NCBI RefSeq assembly: GCF_003334765.1
Contig: NZ_QOWT01000001.1
Source: Escherichia coli
GTDB lineage: Bacteria; Pseudomonadota; Gammaproteobacteria; Enterobacterales; Enterobacteriaceae
Length of the DNA stretch: 64,000 bases
Strand: one strand, 5' to 3'
The number at the start of each line of letters is the position of its first letter. The stretch's first letter is position 1. A model generated the notes under the pieces. The model did no database searches and was not told the origin of the DNA. It was given only the letters and a program-made list of their open reading frames with translations. A program made the translations under genes and the position numbers. This document shows positions 1 to 11,262 of this stretch, in pieces.

Positions 1-602
1 TCATGGTGCAACTGCTTCAAATTAAAACTCTGGTCTGACTTCAAATAATTATCATATTATTTATTTGCGTAACGGGATATCAGAAAAAGATATTTACCCC
101 ATTAATTTATTAGGATGTTTACATCGGATTTGTGATTAAGCGTGGTATTATTTATTAGCGAAACGTTTCTCTCTTGATTTTTTTGCTCATTCATCAATTT
201 TTCTTATTTTAAATTTACAATCCCTTTGGGGATTGACTTCTCTTTAGGGTAATTAATAGCCGTTAACTGACTGTTTTATGAGAAAAAGTGATATAACTTT
301 TTATTCATTGCATAGCAAAAAATGTGATATTGCACGCACTATGTAATAACTTCTCCCACTGGCCTGGAACAACTGAACTTATTGAACTATGTTAGAAAAT
401 ACGCCAGTTTAAGTATCTGCCTGAACTGGCAAGGTTAAGCACAATGATATATCGGCGCGTATTCCGTTGCATAAGTGTGCAAAAAAAGTGGAAGACGTAT
501 CGAGATTTGTGCGTCTGATCGAGACATGTTTAAAAATGGCTTGCCATAATTAACGTTGTATGTGATAACAGATTTCGGGTTAAACGAGGTACAGTTCTGT
601 TT

Positions 603-746
603 ATGTGTGGCATTTTCAGTAAAGAAGTCCTGAGTAAACACGTTGACGTTGAATACCGCTTCTCTGCCGAGCCTTATATTGGTGCCTCATGCAGTAATGT
701 GTCAGTTTTATCTATGTTATGCCTGCGGGCGAAGAAAACAATCTAA
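603..746 (+). CDS. yobF: Small protein YobF (47 aa), co-transcribed with cspC
   Basis: ATG 603 to TAA 744-746 translates to [47 protein letters not shown]; lies 12 bp upstream of cspC; not in ORF track (below length cutoff); recognised as K-12 YobF. Confidence 0.8.
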
Positions 747-758
747 GGAATTTTTCAA

Positions 759-968
759 ATGGCAAAGATTAAAGGTCAGGTTAAGTGGTTCAACGAGTCT
801 AAAGGTTTTGGCTTCATTACTCCGGCTGATGGCAGCAAAGATGTGTTCGTACACTTCTCCGCTATCCAGGGTAATGGCTTCAAAACTCTGGCTGAAGGTC
901 AGAACGTTGAGTTCGAAATTCAGGACGGCCAGAAAGGTCCGGCAGCTGTTAACGTAACAGCTATCTGA
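759..968 (+). CDS. cspC: Cold-shock-domain protein CspC
   Basis: 69-aa ORF with RNP1/RNP2 motifs KGFGFI and VFVHF; full-length match to remembered CspC. Confidence 0.95.
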
Positions 969-1013
969 TCGAATCCACTGATCTGAAGTGTGAATACGCT
1001 TCAATCTCGCTAT

Positions 1014-1041
1014 AAAGCCTCGTCGAATGCGAGGCTTTTTA
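1014..1041 (+). terminator. Rho-independent terminator downstream of cspC
   Basis: GC stem agcctcg / cgaggct around loop tcgaatg, followed by TTTTT (1036-1040). Confidence 0.7.
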
Positions 1042-1133
1042 CTATGCTTTATCTTCGCTCCTGGCGTTCGGATATTTGCCCGCCGCGTGATTCGCGTTAC
1101 ACTTGCGGCCTTTAGTATCCTGCCGGAGTTGTC

Positions 1134-1943
1134 ATGTCTTTTTCCTGTCCACTTTGCCATCAGCCTCTTTCGCGTGAAAAAAACAGCTATATCTGTCCCC
1201 AGCGACATCAGTTTGATATGGCGAAAGAAGGGTATGTCAATCTGCTGCCCGTTCAGCATAAACGGTCTCGTGATCCGGGCGACAGCGCGGAAATGATGCA
1301 AGCACGCCGCGCATTCTTAGATGCCGGACATTATCAGCCGCTGCGTGATGCAATTGTCGCCCAACTGAGGGAACGGCTTGATGATAAGGCCACGGCGGTG
1401 CTGGATATTGGCTGTGGTGAAGGGTATTACACACACGCATTTGCCGATGCGTTGCCCGAAATCACCACGTTTGGTCTGGATGTTTCGAAGGTAGCGATAA
1501 AAGCGGCGGCGAAACGCTATCCGCAGGTCACTTTTTGTGTCGCTTCCAGCCACCGTTTGCCGTTTTCCGATACCAGTATGGACGCCATAATACGTATTTA
1601 CGCGCCGTGTAAAGCAGAAGAATTAGCACGAGTAGTGAAGCCCGGCGGCTGGGTCATTACTGCCACGCCGGGACCGCGACATTTGATGGAGCTGAAGGGG
1701 CTGATTTACAATGAAGTACATCTTCATGCACCTCATGCAGAACAACTGGAAGGTTTTACATTACAGCAGAGTGCGGAGTTGTGTTATCCGATGCGTCTTC
1801 GCGGTGATGAAGCCGTCGCATTATTGCAGATGACGCCGTTTGCCTGGCGTGCGAAGCCAGAAGTCTGGCAAACACTGGCAGCAAAAGAAGTGTTCGACTG
1901 CCAGACGGACTTTAATATTCACCTCTGGCAGCGTTCTTATTAA
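1134..1943 (+). CDS. rlmA: 23S rRNA m1G745 methyltransferase RlmA
   Basis: 269-aa ORF; N-terminal Zn-finger CPLCHQPL...CPQRHQF; SAM-binding motif LDIGCGEG. Confidence 0.9.
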
Positions 1944-2506
1944 CCGTGGAAGTGCGTCCAGAGGATCTGGACGCCGATGCCGATCAGCACCAGCCCGCCG
2001 AGAATTTCCGCTTTTTTCCCAATAATTGAGCCGATAAAGCGACCAACCATCATCCCTAATGTTGACATAATCAAGGTTGCACAACCAATGGCCAATGCGG
2101 TCGCGATAATGTTGACCTGCAGGAAAGCAAGACCAACACCCACAGCCATGGCATCCAGGCTGGTGGCAATCGCGGTGGTTACCAGTAGCCAGAAACCGTG
2201 TCGACGGCGCGGCTCTTCATCTTCATCATCTGCGCCACGAAAACCCTCAATAATCATTCGCCCGCCGAGGAATATCAGCAGCACAAACGCAATCCAGTGG
2301 TTCCATTCAAGGACAAACCGGCTGGCTAACATGCCCATTCCCCAGCCGATCAGCGGCGTCAGGGTTTCGACGGCACCAAAAATAAGGCCGGTTCGCAATG
2401 CTTCAGAAAATTTCGGTTTATGGAGGGTGGCACCTTTACCGATTGATGCAGCAAATGCATCCATCGACATACCAAACGCAAGAAGAACAGTAGCAGTGAT
2501 ATTCAT
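1940..2506 (-). CDS. mntP: Manganese efflux pump MntP
   Basis: Polytopic membrane ORF; start set at [12 protein letters not shown] (188 aa) inside the 206-aa track ORF; stop codon overlaps the rlmA stop. Confidence 0.85.
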
Positions 2507-2740
2507 GACAATGTCCTGACCGGGGTATCCATAAAACACATCATCGCCCCCAGCAAACATGCATACATGAACAACAAGCCGTGATGGTTTTCGCGTTCAT
2601 GCAGGCATAGCGATTGATGTGCATATGGTCTCGCCTGACTGAAAGTATTCAGTCCGTACGTGCCACGTTTTGCAACGAGTATGTTGACACGTACATTTCC
2701 GGAATCTGGAAATCGGCTACTCCCCAAATGAGGGCGCAAC
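2507..2740 (-). promoter_or_regulatory. mntP 5' leader, expected to carry the yybP-ykoY Mn2+ riboswitch
   Basis: Long untranslated leader upstream of mntP; riboswitch assignment is from established knowledge of the E. coli mntP leader; fold not verified here, boundaries approximate. Confidence 0.5.
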
Positions 2741-2934
2741 CTTAACATATTTTGAGAATATAAAACAACTGTTGGAATATATTATTTCATTGCTTTATTG
2801 ATAACGATTTTCATTTGGATTTATATATCAATGAAACGTTAAAATAAATAACAAATAAGGGAAGAGGTAATATAGCCTAAGCTATGTCTGATTATTAAAA
2901 ATACACTAAACATAGCTTTGGCTAAATTCATAAC

Positions 2935-3393
2935 TTATTGAGTTGAAACGAGAAGCTTATAAATTTTTTCCAGATCGTCGATATTTCGAACGCGGATTAA
3001 CAGCCGACGCTGTTCTAATTGCATCACCAACACGCCATCTTCCGACAAGTTCATCGCTTTGATTCGGCTATATTCAATCCAGACATTGGCGAAGAAAAAA
3101 CCTTTTTGTTTAAAGATGATCTTCGGAACGCGGATCCAGAATATATAAAAACCCATCAGAGCCAGTGCGCTTAATAACCATGTCGTTATTAACGCACCAT
3201 GATTCGTGACGTTGTTATAGATAAGAATGACAATCAATCCGACGAAGATAACGCTATCGATGCGACCACGCCGGAGCAAAGGAATTGCCAGCAGGGTGGG
3301 GCCGTTACGGCGGGGCATGATGAACTGATCGTAGATCGCGAAGGCCAGGAGTGCGGCGATGAAAAGAATCAGTACCAGGTCCGTGATTGTCAT
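2935..3393 (-). CDS. yobD: Inner membrane protein YobD (DUF986)
   Basis: 152-aa hydrophobic ORF; recognised as K-12 YobD. Confidence 0.85.
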
Positions 3394-3404
3394 TAATCCT
3401 CCAG

Positions 3405-3432
3405 ATAAAAAAACGGGGCCAAAAGGCCCCGG
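3405..3432 (-). terminator. Rho-independent terminator of the manXYZ operon
   Basis: Stem ggggcc/ggcccc with loop aaaa; A-run on plus strand (3405-3413) gives a T-run after the hairpin on the minus strand; sits just downstream of the manZ stop. Confidence 0.7.
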
Positions 3433-3447
3433 TAGTGTACAACAGTC

Positions 3448-4308
3448 TTACAGTCCCAGCAGGCCGCAAGCGTAACCAGCGATACCGATGACGAAGAAGC
3501 CAACGATGATCCACAGCGGGTTAACTTTTTTGCGCAGTAGCCACATACAAGCAAAGGTCAGCAGCAGTGGTACCAGGCCTGGCATTAACTGGTCCAGAAT
3601 AGTCTGGACAGTAGTAACGTGTTCTTTGCCCGTCTGGTCAGTAATGCGAGAGACAACCAGCGGGATGTTGACATGTGTCCACTTGTTAACCAATGCCCCC
3701 ATGACAAACAGGCCGAGGATAGACGCCCCTTCCGTCAGTTTTTGCAGGAAGCCACCACCCATATCTTTAACGATATCGATACCTTTGGAGTAACCATACG
3801 CTACGCCGTAGTAACGGGTTGCCAGACGCACCAGGTTAAACAGGATGAAGAACAGCAGCGGACCTAACAGGCTGCCGCTCATCGCGATACCGGCACCCAG
3901 TGCTGCAAATACCGGACGTACGGTTCCCCAGAAGATCGGGTCGCCTACACCAGCCAGTGGCCCCATCAAACCGACTTTGATACCGTTGATAGCACCGTCG
4001 TCGATCTCTGCGCCATTAGCACGCTGTTCTTCCAGCGCCAGGGTTACGCCGAGAATCGGCGCAGCCACGAACGGCTGGGTGTTAAAGAACTCCAGGTGAC
4101 GGCGAATAGCTTGTTTACGAGCTTCGTTGTTCTCAGGGTAGAGGCGACGAATTGCCGGTACCATAGAGAAGCAGAAACCCAGTGCCTGCATACGTTCGAA
4201 GTTCCATGAACCCTGGAAGAGGTTAGAACGCAGGAAGACGCCACGAATATCACTTTGAGTGAGTTTTTTCTCGGTGGTAGTTTGAGTTGTATCAACCATT
4301 TCGCTCAC
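3448..4308 (-). CDS. manZ: Mannose PTS EIID component ManZ
   Basis: 286-aa ORF recognised as ManZ; directly downstream of manY. Confidence 0.9.
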   Translation of the reverse strand: MSEMVDTTQTTTEKKLTQSDIRGVFLRSNLFQGSWNFERMQALGFCFSMVPAIRRLYPENNEARKQAIRRHLEFFNTQPFVAAPILGVTLALEEQRANGAEIDDGAINGIKVGLMGPLAGVGDPIFWGTVRPVFAALGAGIAMSGSLLGPLLFFILFNLVRLATRYYGVAYGYSKGIDIVKDMGGGFLQKLTEGASILGLFVMGALVNKWTHVNIPLVVSRITDQTGKEHVTTVQTILDQLMPGLVPLLLTFACMWLLRKKVNPLWIIVGFFVIGIAGYACGLLGL

Positions 4309-4311
4309 CTG

Positions 4312-5112
4312 TTAGTCCAGTTCGTTATCGAGATCGTTGTTACCAGCTGCCTGAGCAGGCGCACCGGCTACGCGGTTGTATTTCGGGCTAAGTTGGATGT
4401 AGAGCACTGCCATAACAGTACCAATCACACCCAGAGCAACCAGGTTAAAGTTGGTGAATGCTGCGGTTACGAAGCCGAGGTAGAAGAACGGCATCAGGTA
4501 GCCAGCACGCATCATGTTGATAACCATCGCATAACCAACCACCACGATCATGCCACCGGCGATATTCAGACCATTGGTCACCACTTCCGGAATCGCATTC
4601 AGCATGTTCTGTACTTCGCTGGTACCAACAGACAGCGCAACGATGACGGCCGGAATAGCCACACGCATTGCTTGCAGGAACAGAGAAGAAACGTGGATCC
4701 AGGAAATCGCTGTCAGGTTGCCGTTATCAGCAGCCTTATCCGCAGCGTGCTGGAAAGCAACGGTAATAGTACGAACGATGATGGTCAGTACCTGGCCCGC
4801 AGCGGCCAGAGGGATTGCCAGTGCGATACCTGCACCAATGCTCTGATGACCTGCGATAACCAGAATGGTAGAAATGATAGAAGCCAGAGCGGCGTCAGGC
4901 GCAACTGCAGCACCGATGTTCATCCAGCCCAGCGCGATCATTTCCAGCGTACCACCGATAATAATACCGGTTTTCATATCCCCAAGAACGATACCCACCA
5001 GGGTACACGCGATTAGCGGACGGTGAAACTGAAATTCATCGAGGATTGATCCCATACCTGCGATACAGGCTACGATAAATACCAGCACAATTTGAAGAGT
5101 GGTAATCTCCAT
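4312..5112 (-). CDS. manY: Mannose PTS EIIC component ManY
   Basis: 266-aa polytopic membrane ORF recognised as ManY. Confidence 0.9.
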   Translation of the reverse strand: MEITTLQIVLVFIVACIAGMGSILDEFQFHRPLIACTLVGIVLGDMKTGIIIGGTLEMIALGWMNIGAAVAPDAALASIISTILVIAGHQSIGAGIALAIPLAAAGQVLTIIVRTITVAFQHAADKAADNGNLTAISWIHVSSLFLQAMRVAIPAVIVALSVGTSEVQNMLNAIPEVVTNGLNIAGGMIVVVGYAMVINMMRAGYLMPFFYLGFVTAAFTNFNLVALGVIGTVMAVLYIQLSPKYNRVAGAPAQAAGNNDLDNELD

Positions 5113-5174
5113 TGTACTTCTCCTGTTTACGTAAGACTTAAGTGTGAAAACTGAGTGATAATCAACACAATACG

Positions 5175-6146
5175 TTACTTATCGATTTTGCTGATCAGAT
5201 CCATCATTTTCAGTTTCGGATCGGTGGAAACCTTACGGACTTCCAGCTCAATACCGCGCGCATTCAGTTTCTTGAACGCCTCGATATCTTTTTCATCAAC
5301 CGAAACCGCGTTATTCACCTGGGTTTTACCCTGACGGAATGCCATACCACCGACGTTAACAGAGGTGATTTTCACGCCGCCTTCAACGAGACGCTCTACA
5401 TCTGTTGGGTTGGTAAATAACAGCATTACGCGTTCGCCAGCATATTTCGGGTTGTTGTAGACGCGAATCATTTTGGCAACATCAACTACGTGTGCTGTTA
5501 CGCCCGGAGGTGCAACCTGGGTGAGCAGTGTCTTACGAACGGTATCCGCAGCCACTTCATCACTAACAACAATAATACGGGAGACATTGGTTTCTTTGGT
5601 CCAGCGGGTGGCGACCTGACCGTGAATCAGACGGTCGTCGATACGCGCAAGGCCAATAACCATGTAGTCGTTTGGCCCCATTGGTTTTGCCGGAGTTGGA
5701 GCCGCTTTTGGTGCTGCGGCAGCGGGTGCTGGCGCGGCTTTTTCAACCGGTTTGGCTTTCAGTGCTTTCACGCCTTCACGGCCTGTTTCTACTGCCAGTG
5801 CCACCAGTTCATCAAAGCTTGGGTCATCATCACGGGCCATTAACGTTTCCACGAGCATTGGAATGTTAACGCCTGCAATGACTTCATAATGCTCTTTGTC
5901 GACGACAATGCGGCTGGCAGCATTGAACGGGCTGCCTCCCCATGTATCAACGAGAAACAGCACGCCTTTAGTGGTGTCGAGTTTTGCCAACTGAGCGTTG
6001 TACTTTTCAATCAGCGTTTCGGCATTTTCACCTGGAACGAAATCGATCCAGCCGACGTTTTCCTGCTCGCCTAACAGCATTTCTGCCGTTTTAAGCAACT
6101 GCTCTGCAGCCCAACCATGTGTGCCTATAACAATAGCAATGGTCAC
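5175..6146 (-). CDS. manX: Mannose PTS EIIAB component ManX
   Basis: 323-aa ORF; IIA His motif VIGTHGW, Ala/Pro-rich linker, IIB motif LIHGQV. Confidence 0.92.
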   Translation of the reverse strand: MTIAIVIGTHGWAAEQLLKTAEMLLGEQENVGWIDFVPGENAETLIEKYNAQLAKLDTTKGVLFLVDTWGGSPFNAASRIVVDKEHYEVIAGVNIPMLVETLMARDDDPSFDELVALAVETGREGVKALKAKPVEKAAPAPAAAAPKAAPTPAKPMGPNDYMVIGLARIDDRLIHGQVATRWTKETNVSRIIVVSDEVAADTVRKTLLTQVAPPGVTAHVVDVAKMIRVYNNPKYAGERVMLLFTNPTDVERLVEGGVKITSVNVGGMAFRQGKTQVNNAVSVDEKDIEAFKKLNARGIELEVRKVSTDPKLKMMDLISKIDK

Positions 6147-6608
6147 TTGCTACCTCCTTTATTATCGTTAACACCTCAACGTGCCAGATGTATTTTTGAA
6201 TCGTCGTCCACAATCGAATCGATTCAGATAAGGGCTACAACCAAAAACCCCTGCGTTTCGCGATTTATTTTAGATATCGAAAAAATTATTTTATGTGATG
6301 AAGATCCGTAATTTAACTTTCGATTAGCAGAAATTTCGAAAGGTAAAATATCCTTGTTACATTCGTTTGCAAAGGAAGGTAAATCTTTGCCAAATCAGAG
6401 GCGTCTCTGATATGTTTAACTCCCGTTTAACAACCATGGAGTATAGGGCAGTAGCCCGCAGTATGGATCGTCACCGACGTCATTTCAGCATCAGGCCTTT
6501 TAACGCCCGCCTTTCTGGCACTCTATGCCGCACCTTTCGTTTGCATTTTGTCGTTACGCCTGCATTATTTCTGGCGTCGAATAGCTATTCCTTAAGCAGG
6601 AGCTTGTC

Positions 6609-8165
6609 ATGGAATTCTTAATGGACCCCTCAATTTGGGCGGGGCTACTCACGCTTGTTGTTCTCGAAATTGTGCTGGGTATCGATAACCTGGTCTTCAT
6701 CGCCATTCTTGCTGACAAACTGCCGCCAAAACAACGCGATAAAGCGCGTTTGCTGGGGTTATCACTGGCGCTGATTATGCGTCTGGGGCTGCTGTCGCTG
6801 ATTTCATGGATGGTCACGCTGACCAAACCGCTATTTACCGTCATGGATTTCTCCTTCTCCGGACGCGACCTGATTATGTTGTTCGGGGGGATATTCTTGC
6901 TGTTCAAAGCAACAACCGAACTGCATGAACGGCTGGAAAACCGCGATCATGATTCCGGCCACGGTAAAGGCTACGCCAGTTTCTGGGTGGTCGTCACACA
7001 GATTGTCATCCTTGACGCCGTCTTCTCGTTGGATGCGGTAATTACTGCAGTAGGGATGGTTAACCATCTGCCGGTGATGATGGCGGCGGTAGTGATTGCG
7101 ATGGCGGTTATGTTGCTGGCATCCAAACCGCTGACGCGATTCGTTAACCAGCACCCCACGGTGGTGGTGCTCTGTCTGAGCTTCCTGTTAATGATTGGTC
7201 TGAGTCTGGTGGCAGAAGGTTTCGGTTTCCACATTCCGAAAGGTTACCTGTATGCCGCGATTGGCTTCTCGATCATCATCGAAGTGTTTAACCAGATTGC
7301 GCGTCGCAACTTTATTCGCCACCAGTCGACTTTGCCGCTGCGAGCGCGTACTGCCGATGCCATCCTGCGTTTGATGGGCGGGAAACGTCAGGCCAATGTT
7401 CAGCACGATGCCGATAACCCGATGCCGATGCCGATCCCGGAAGGTGCATTTGCCGAAGAAGAACGTTACATGATTAACGGCGTACTGACGCTGGCGTCGC
7501 GTTCTCTGCGCGGGATCATGACGCCGCGCGGTGAAATAAGCTGGGTTGACGCTAATCTCGGGGTCGATGAAATCCGCGAGCAACTGCTCTCTTCACCGCA
7601 CAGTCTGTTCCCGGTATGTCGCGGTGAACTGGATGAAATCATCGGTATTGTACGTGCTAAAGAACTGCTGGTGGCGCTGGAAGAGGGCGTTGATGTGGCG
7701 GCGATTGCTTCGGCGTCTCCGGCGATTATCGTCCCGGAAACCCTCGATCCGATCAACCTGTTGGGCGTGCTGCGTCGTGCTCGCGGGAGCTTTGTTATCG
7801 TGACCAACGAGTTTGGTGTGGTACAAGGTCTGGTCACGCCGCTGGATGTGCTGGAAGCCATTGCGGGTGAATTCCCGGACGCTGACGAAACGCCGGAAAT
7901 CATTACTGATGGTGACGGCTGGCTGGTAAAAGGCGGTACAGATTTGCATGCCTTGCAGCAGGCGCTTGATGTTGAGCACCTTGCCGATGACGATGATATC
8001 GCGACGGTCGCGGGCCTCGTGATCTCGGCAAATGGTCACATTCCCCGTGTGGGCGATGTGATTGATGTAGGGCCACTGCATATCACCATCATTGAAGCCA
8101 ATGATTATCGTGTTGATCTGGTTCGCATTGTTAAAGAGCAACCGGCGCACGATGAAGATGAGTAA
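6609..8165 (+). CDS. yoaE: TerC-family membrane protein with C-terminal CBS/CorC domains, YoaE
   Basis: 518-aa ORF: N-terminal multi-TM region then soluble C-terminal domain; recognised as K-12 YoaE. Confidence 0.88.
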   Translation: MEFLMDPSIWAGLLTLVVLEIVLGIDNLVFIAILADKLPPKQRDKARLLGLSLALIMRLGLLSLISWMVTLTKPLFTVMDFSFSGRDLIMLFGGIFLLFKATTELHERLENRDHDSGHGKGYASFWVVVTQIVILDAVFSLDAVITAVGMVNHLPVMMAAVVIAMAVMLLASKPLTRFVNQHPTVVVLCLSFLLMIGLSLVAEGFGFHIPKGYLYAAIGFSIIIEVFNQIARRNFIRHQSTLPLRARTADAILRLMGGKRQANVQHDADNPMPMPIPEGAFAEEERYMINGVLTLASRSLRGIMTPRGEISWVDANLGVDEIREQLLSSPHSLFPVCRGELDEIIGIVRAKELLVALEEGVDVAAIASASPAIIVPETLDPINLLGVLRRARGSFVIVTNEFGVVQGLVTPLDVLEAIAGEFPDADETPEIITDGDGWLVKGGTDLHALQQALDVEHLADDDDIATVAGLVISANGHIPRVGDVIDVGPLHITIIEANDYRVDLVRIVKEQPAHDEDE

Positions 8166-8168
8166 GCG

Positions 8169-9767
8169 TTAACGTAACGGCATAATGGGCGTGATATGTC
8201 CATTATGCCGGGCGGGCGGCGGTTGGCTGCCCGCCAGCCATTTGGGAAAATCACGTAGCGGCATCGGCTGTGCGTACAAATACCCTTGCAAAATATGCAC
8301 GCCATGACGGCGCAAATACTTCGCCTGTTCTTGCGTTTCCACGCCCTCCGCCACCAGTTCAATATTCAGTCTTTGCCCCAGCGCGATGATGATATCGGTC
8401 ACCGTCGAGTTAACCGCGTCAGAACCTATAGCTGCGGTAAATGACTTATCAATTTTCAGCACGTCAGGACGTAATGTTTCAAGCCAGGAAAACGAGCTGT
8501 TGCCGGTGCCGAAGTCATCAATCGCCAGTTTGACGTTTTTACGATGCAGCTCGCGGGCAATCCGATAATCAACATCCAGTAAGGCATCGCGTTCGGTGAT
8601 TTCGAGGATCAGTTGCTGAATCGGGTGAGCGCTAAACCAGTACTGATTGAGATCTTTTATCAGCACACCACGGCGAAAATGGCTGGGTGCGACGTTAATG
8701 CCAACATGAAACTGACTACTCATCGGGAAAACATGGCGCTGACGAATGGTTTCTGCCATCACATAGCGGGTCAGTGGCACAATTAAATGATGTTCTTCCG
8801 CGATAGGAATAAACACATCCGGTGAAATCCAGCCCTGACGCGGATTGTTCCAGCGCAGCAAAATCTCTACACCAATACATTGCTGGCTGCGCGCATTAAG
8901 CAAAGGCTGACAGAACAATTCGAACTCATGTTGCGCCAGGCCCAGATTGATTTCGCGGGAAAAGCTCATTCGGTAAGCGGTCGCCAGCCAGGCGATGTAG
9001 CCCACCAGTAAACTTAGCAGCACCGCCAGCGGTAATTGTGTTGGAAGATAGTGCCATGCCAGCGCCGTAGCCCCCGGACCATTAACGTTAATGGTAAAAG
9101 GAAAGCGTTGCGAAGAAACCTGATAGTTTTCATTGTCTTCAGGTTGCGGAAGGGAATCTACCAGCCCATTACCATAGAGCAAATGCCGTTTGTCCACCGT
9201 CAGGCTGGCGCTACTGATTTGCGGCAGTTGTGGCTCAAGCAGCATTGCCGTCAGTAAGTCGATGTTAATCATCTCCATGACCCCAGCATTGCTACTGCCC
9301 GCTGCAGGCGTCCATTGAATCAAAACCGGACTGCCTTTAATCAGGGCACGGTCGATCGTCAGGCGTAAAAGTGGTTGCGGTGCAGGAAGTTCAGCCAGAA
9401 TGTCCACGACGGGCACATTGCGATAACCAAAAATGCTGGAGCAATAAAGTGTGCCGTCTTGCACCAGGCCAATGGATCGCACAGTTTGGAGTTTTGCCGC
9501 CTGTTTACGTAATGGCAAATGGGCGACAGAGCAGGGCAGACCAATCAGCGGAAGCAAGACTTCGCTACCTGCCTGTAGGGGAAGCAGTACTTTATCTAAT
9601 TCCTCTACAGCGTGATTGGCGAATTGTACTACCCGTTGTTGATTTAAGTTACGCTGTGAAATAAATCGCACGCTCAGGGTCGAAGCGAGCGTAACGAGTG
9701 CGCAAATCGTACAAACAATCATTCGATTACGACGATAGGTTTTAATGATCCGTTGTGCTTTTTGCAT
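8169..9767 (-). CDS. pdeD: c-di-GMP phosphodiesterase PdeD (YoaD), membrane-anchored EAL protein
   Basis: Track ORF 8169-9797 (542 aa); start set at the internal Met (MQKAQRIIKTYRR, 532 aa) per remembered K-12 length; C-terminal EAL-type domain. Confidence 0.8.
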   Translation of the reverse strand: MQKAQRIIKTYRRNRMIVCTICALVTLASTLSVRFISQRNLNQQRVVQFANHAVEELDKVLLPLQAGSEVLLPLIGLPCSVAHLPLRKQAAKLQTVRSIGLVQDGTLYCSSIFGYRNVPVVDILAELPAPQPLLRLTIDRALIKGSPVLIQWTPAAGSSNAGVMEMINIDLLTAMLLEPQLPQISSASLTVDKRHLLYGNGLVDSLPQPEDNENYQVSSQRFPFTINVNGPGATALAWHYLPTQLPLAVLLSLLVGYIAWLATAYRMSFSREINLGLAQHEFELFCQPLLNARSQQCIGVEILLRWNNPRQGWISPDVFIPIAEEHHLIVPLTRYVMAETIRQRHVFPMSSQFHVGINVAPSHFRRGVLIKDLNQYWFSAHPIQQLILEITERDALLDVDYRIARELHRKNVKLAIDDFGTGNSSFSWLETLRPDVLKIDKSFTAAIGSDAVNSTVTDIIIALGQRLNIELVAEGVETQEQAKYLRRHGVHILQGYLYAQPMPLRDFPKWLAGSQPPPARHNGHITPIMPLR

Positions 9768-9897
9768 GCGGGCCACCCTGTAAGCGTATGGCGACAAACG
9801 CCTGACGCAACAGTGGAAGTGTAGTGGGGAATATTACAGCAGACGAGAAAGCGGGTATAAATTCGCCCATCCGTTGCAGATGGGCGAGTAAGAAGTA

Positions 9898-11262
9898 TTA
9901 GTCACACTGGACTTTGATTGCCAGACCACCGCGTGAGGTTTCGCGGTATTTGGCGTTCATGTCCTTACCGGTTTCGTACATCGTTTCGATGACCTTATCC
10001 AGCGAGACGCGCGGTGCACTGGTGCGGCGCAGAGCCATCCGCGCGGCGTTAATCGCCTTCACAGAGGCAATGGCATTACGCTCAATGCACGGCACCTGAA
10101 CCTGCCCTGCAACCGGGTCGCAGGTTAAACCAAGGTTGTGTTCCATGCCAATTTCCGCCGCCACGCAAACCTGTTCCGGGCTACCGCCCAGCAGTTCTGC
10201 AAGACCCGCAGCAGCCATTGAACAGGCAACACCCACTTCGCCCTGGCAACCAACTTCCGCACCGGAAATAGAGGCGTTCATTTTATACAATGCACCAATC
10301 GCGCCCGCTGCCATAAAGTAACGGGTATAGATGTCCGGGCTGACCGATTCAATAAAGTGGTCATAGTAAGCCAGCACTGCCGGAACGATACCGCAGGCAC
10401 CGTTGGTTGGCGCAGTTACCACACGACCACCGGCGGCGTTTTCTTCGTTAACTGCCAGCGCAAACATGTTTACCCAGTCAATGACATTCATCGGATCGTT
10501 AGACAGTTTATCGCTGGAAACCAGCATCCGGCGCAGGGCAGACGCACGACGTGGCACGCGCAGCGGGCCTGGCAGTACACCTTCGGTGTTCATCCCGCGA
10601 TCGATACATGCCTGCATGGTTTGCCAGACATGCGCGAAATACTCGTCGATCTCTTTCTTGCTGTGCAGCGCCAGTTCGTTCTGCATAGCGAGACCAGACA
10701 GCGAATAGCCGGTTTCATTACAGTACGCGAGCAGTTCGGTGGCAGATTTGAACGGATACGGCACGCTTACTTCGTTGGCAGCATCCTGACCAAAGTGTTC
10801 TTCATCGACGATAAAACCGCCGCCGATGGAATAATAAGTTTTGCTGTAGACGACTTCATCGCCGTTATAGGCGTGGATTTGCATACCGTTTTCATGCAGC
10901 GGCAGGTTGCCGTTATGAAAACGCATCCCGTTGTCGCGCGGGAAATCCACTTCATGCCGTCCCTGTGCCAGCAGCAGACGTTCGCGCTCTTCTACGTCGC
11001 GAATAAAACCGGGAATACTGTCGATATCCACGGTGGCAGGTTCGTTACCTGCAAGACCCATAATAATGGCGATATCGGTGTGGTGGCCTTTACCCGTCAG
11101 CGACAGTGAACCATAAACGTCCACGGCAACGCGAGTAACGCTATCCAGTAAGCCTTTTTCGACCAGATCATCGACGAACTGTTTACCTGCCTTCATAGGC
11201 CCTACGGTATGGGAAGATGAGGGACCAATCCCCACCTTAAACATGTCGAATAGACTAATCAC
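9898..11262 (-). CDS. sdaA: L-serine dehydratase 1
   Basis: 454-aa ORF, full-length match to remembered SdaA. Confidence 0.92.
   Translation of the reverse strand: MISLFDMFKVGIGPSSSHTVGPMKAGKQFVDDLVEKGLLDSVTRVAVDVYGSLSLTGKGHHTDIAIIMGLAGNEPATVDIDSIPGFIRDVEERERLLLAQGRHEVDFPRDNGMRFHNGNLPLHENGMQIHAYNGDEVVYSKTYYSIGGGFIVDEEHFGQDAANEVSVPYPFKSATELLAYCNETGYSLSGLAMQNELALHSKKEIDEYFAHVWQTMQACIDRGMNTEGVLPGPLRVPRRASALRRMLVSSDKLSNDPMNVIDWVNMFALAVNEENAAGGRVVTAPTNGACGIVPAVLAYYDHFIESVSPDIYTRYFMAAGAIGALYKMNASISGAEVGCQGEVGVACSMAAAGLAELLGGSPEQVCVAAEIGMEHNLGLTCDPVAGQVQVPCIERNAIASVKAINAARMALRRTSAPRVSLDKVIETMYETGKDMNAKYRETSRGGLAIKVQCD

Noticed and set aside
1-48. Possible 3' end of an upstream gene (yebO) entering the window
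   Set aside because: Frame 1 is open only to a TAA at 46-48 and I cannot recall the YebO C-terminus well enough to confirm; too short to support.
643-957. 104-aa plus-strand ORF overlapping yobF and cspC in another frame
   Set aside because: Out of frame with two recognisable genes occupying the same strand; no recognisable domain.
717-1301. 194-aa minus-strand ORF spanning cspC and the start of rlmA
   Set aside because: Antisense to the strongly supported cspC and rlmA; no recognisable domain; typical shadow ORF.
1977-2519. 180-aa plus-strand ORF rich in Pro/Ser/Arg
   Set aside because: Antisense to mntP; low-complexity composition typical of a reverse-frame artefact in a membrane-protein gene.
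6147-6608. Specific CRP and Mlc operator sites in the manX-yoaE divergent region
   Set aside because: Regulation of manXYZ by Mlc and CRP is established, but I could not confidently place individual operators by eye, so no coordinates are claimed.
10357-11109. 250-aa plus-strand ORF
   Set aside because: Lies entirely antisense within sdaA; no recognisable domain.
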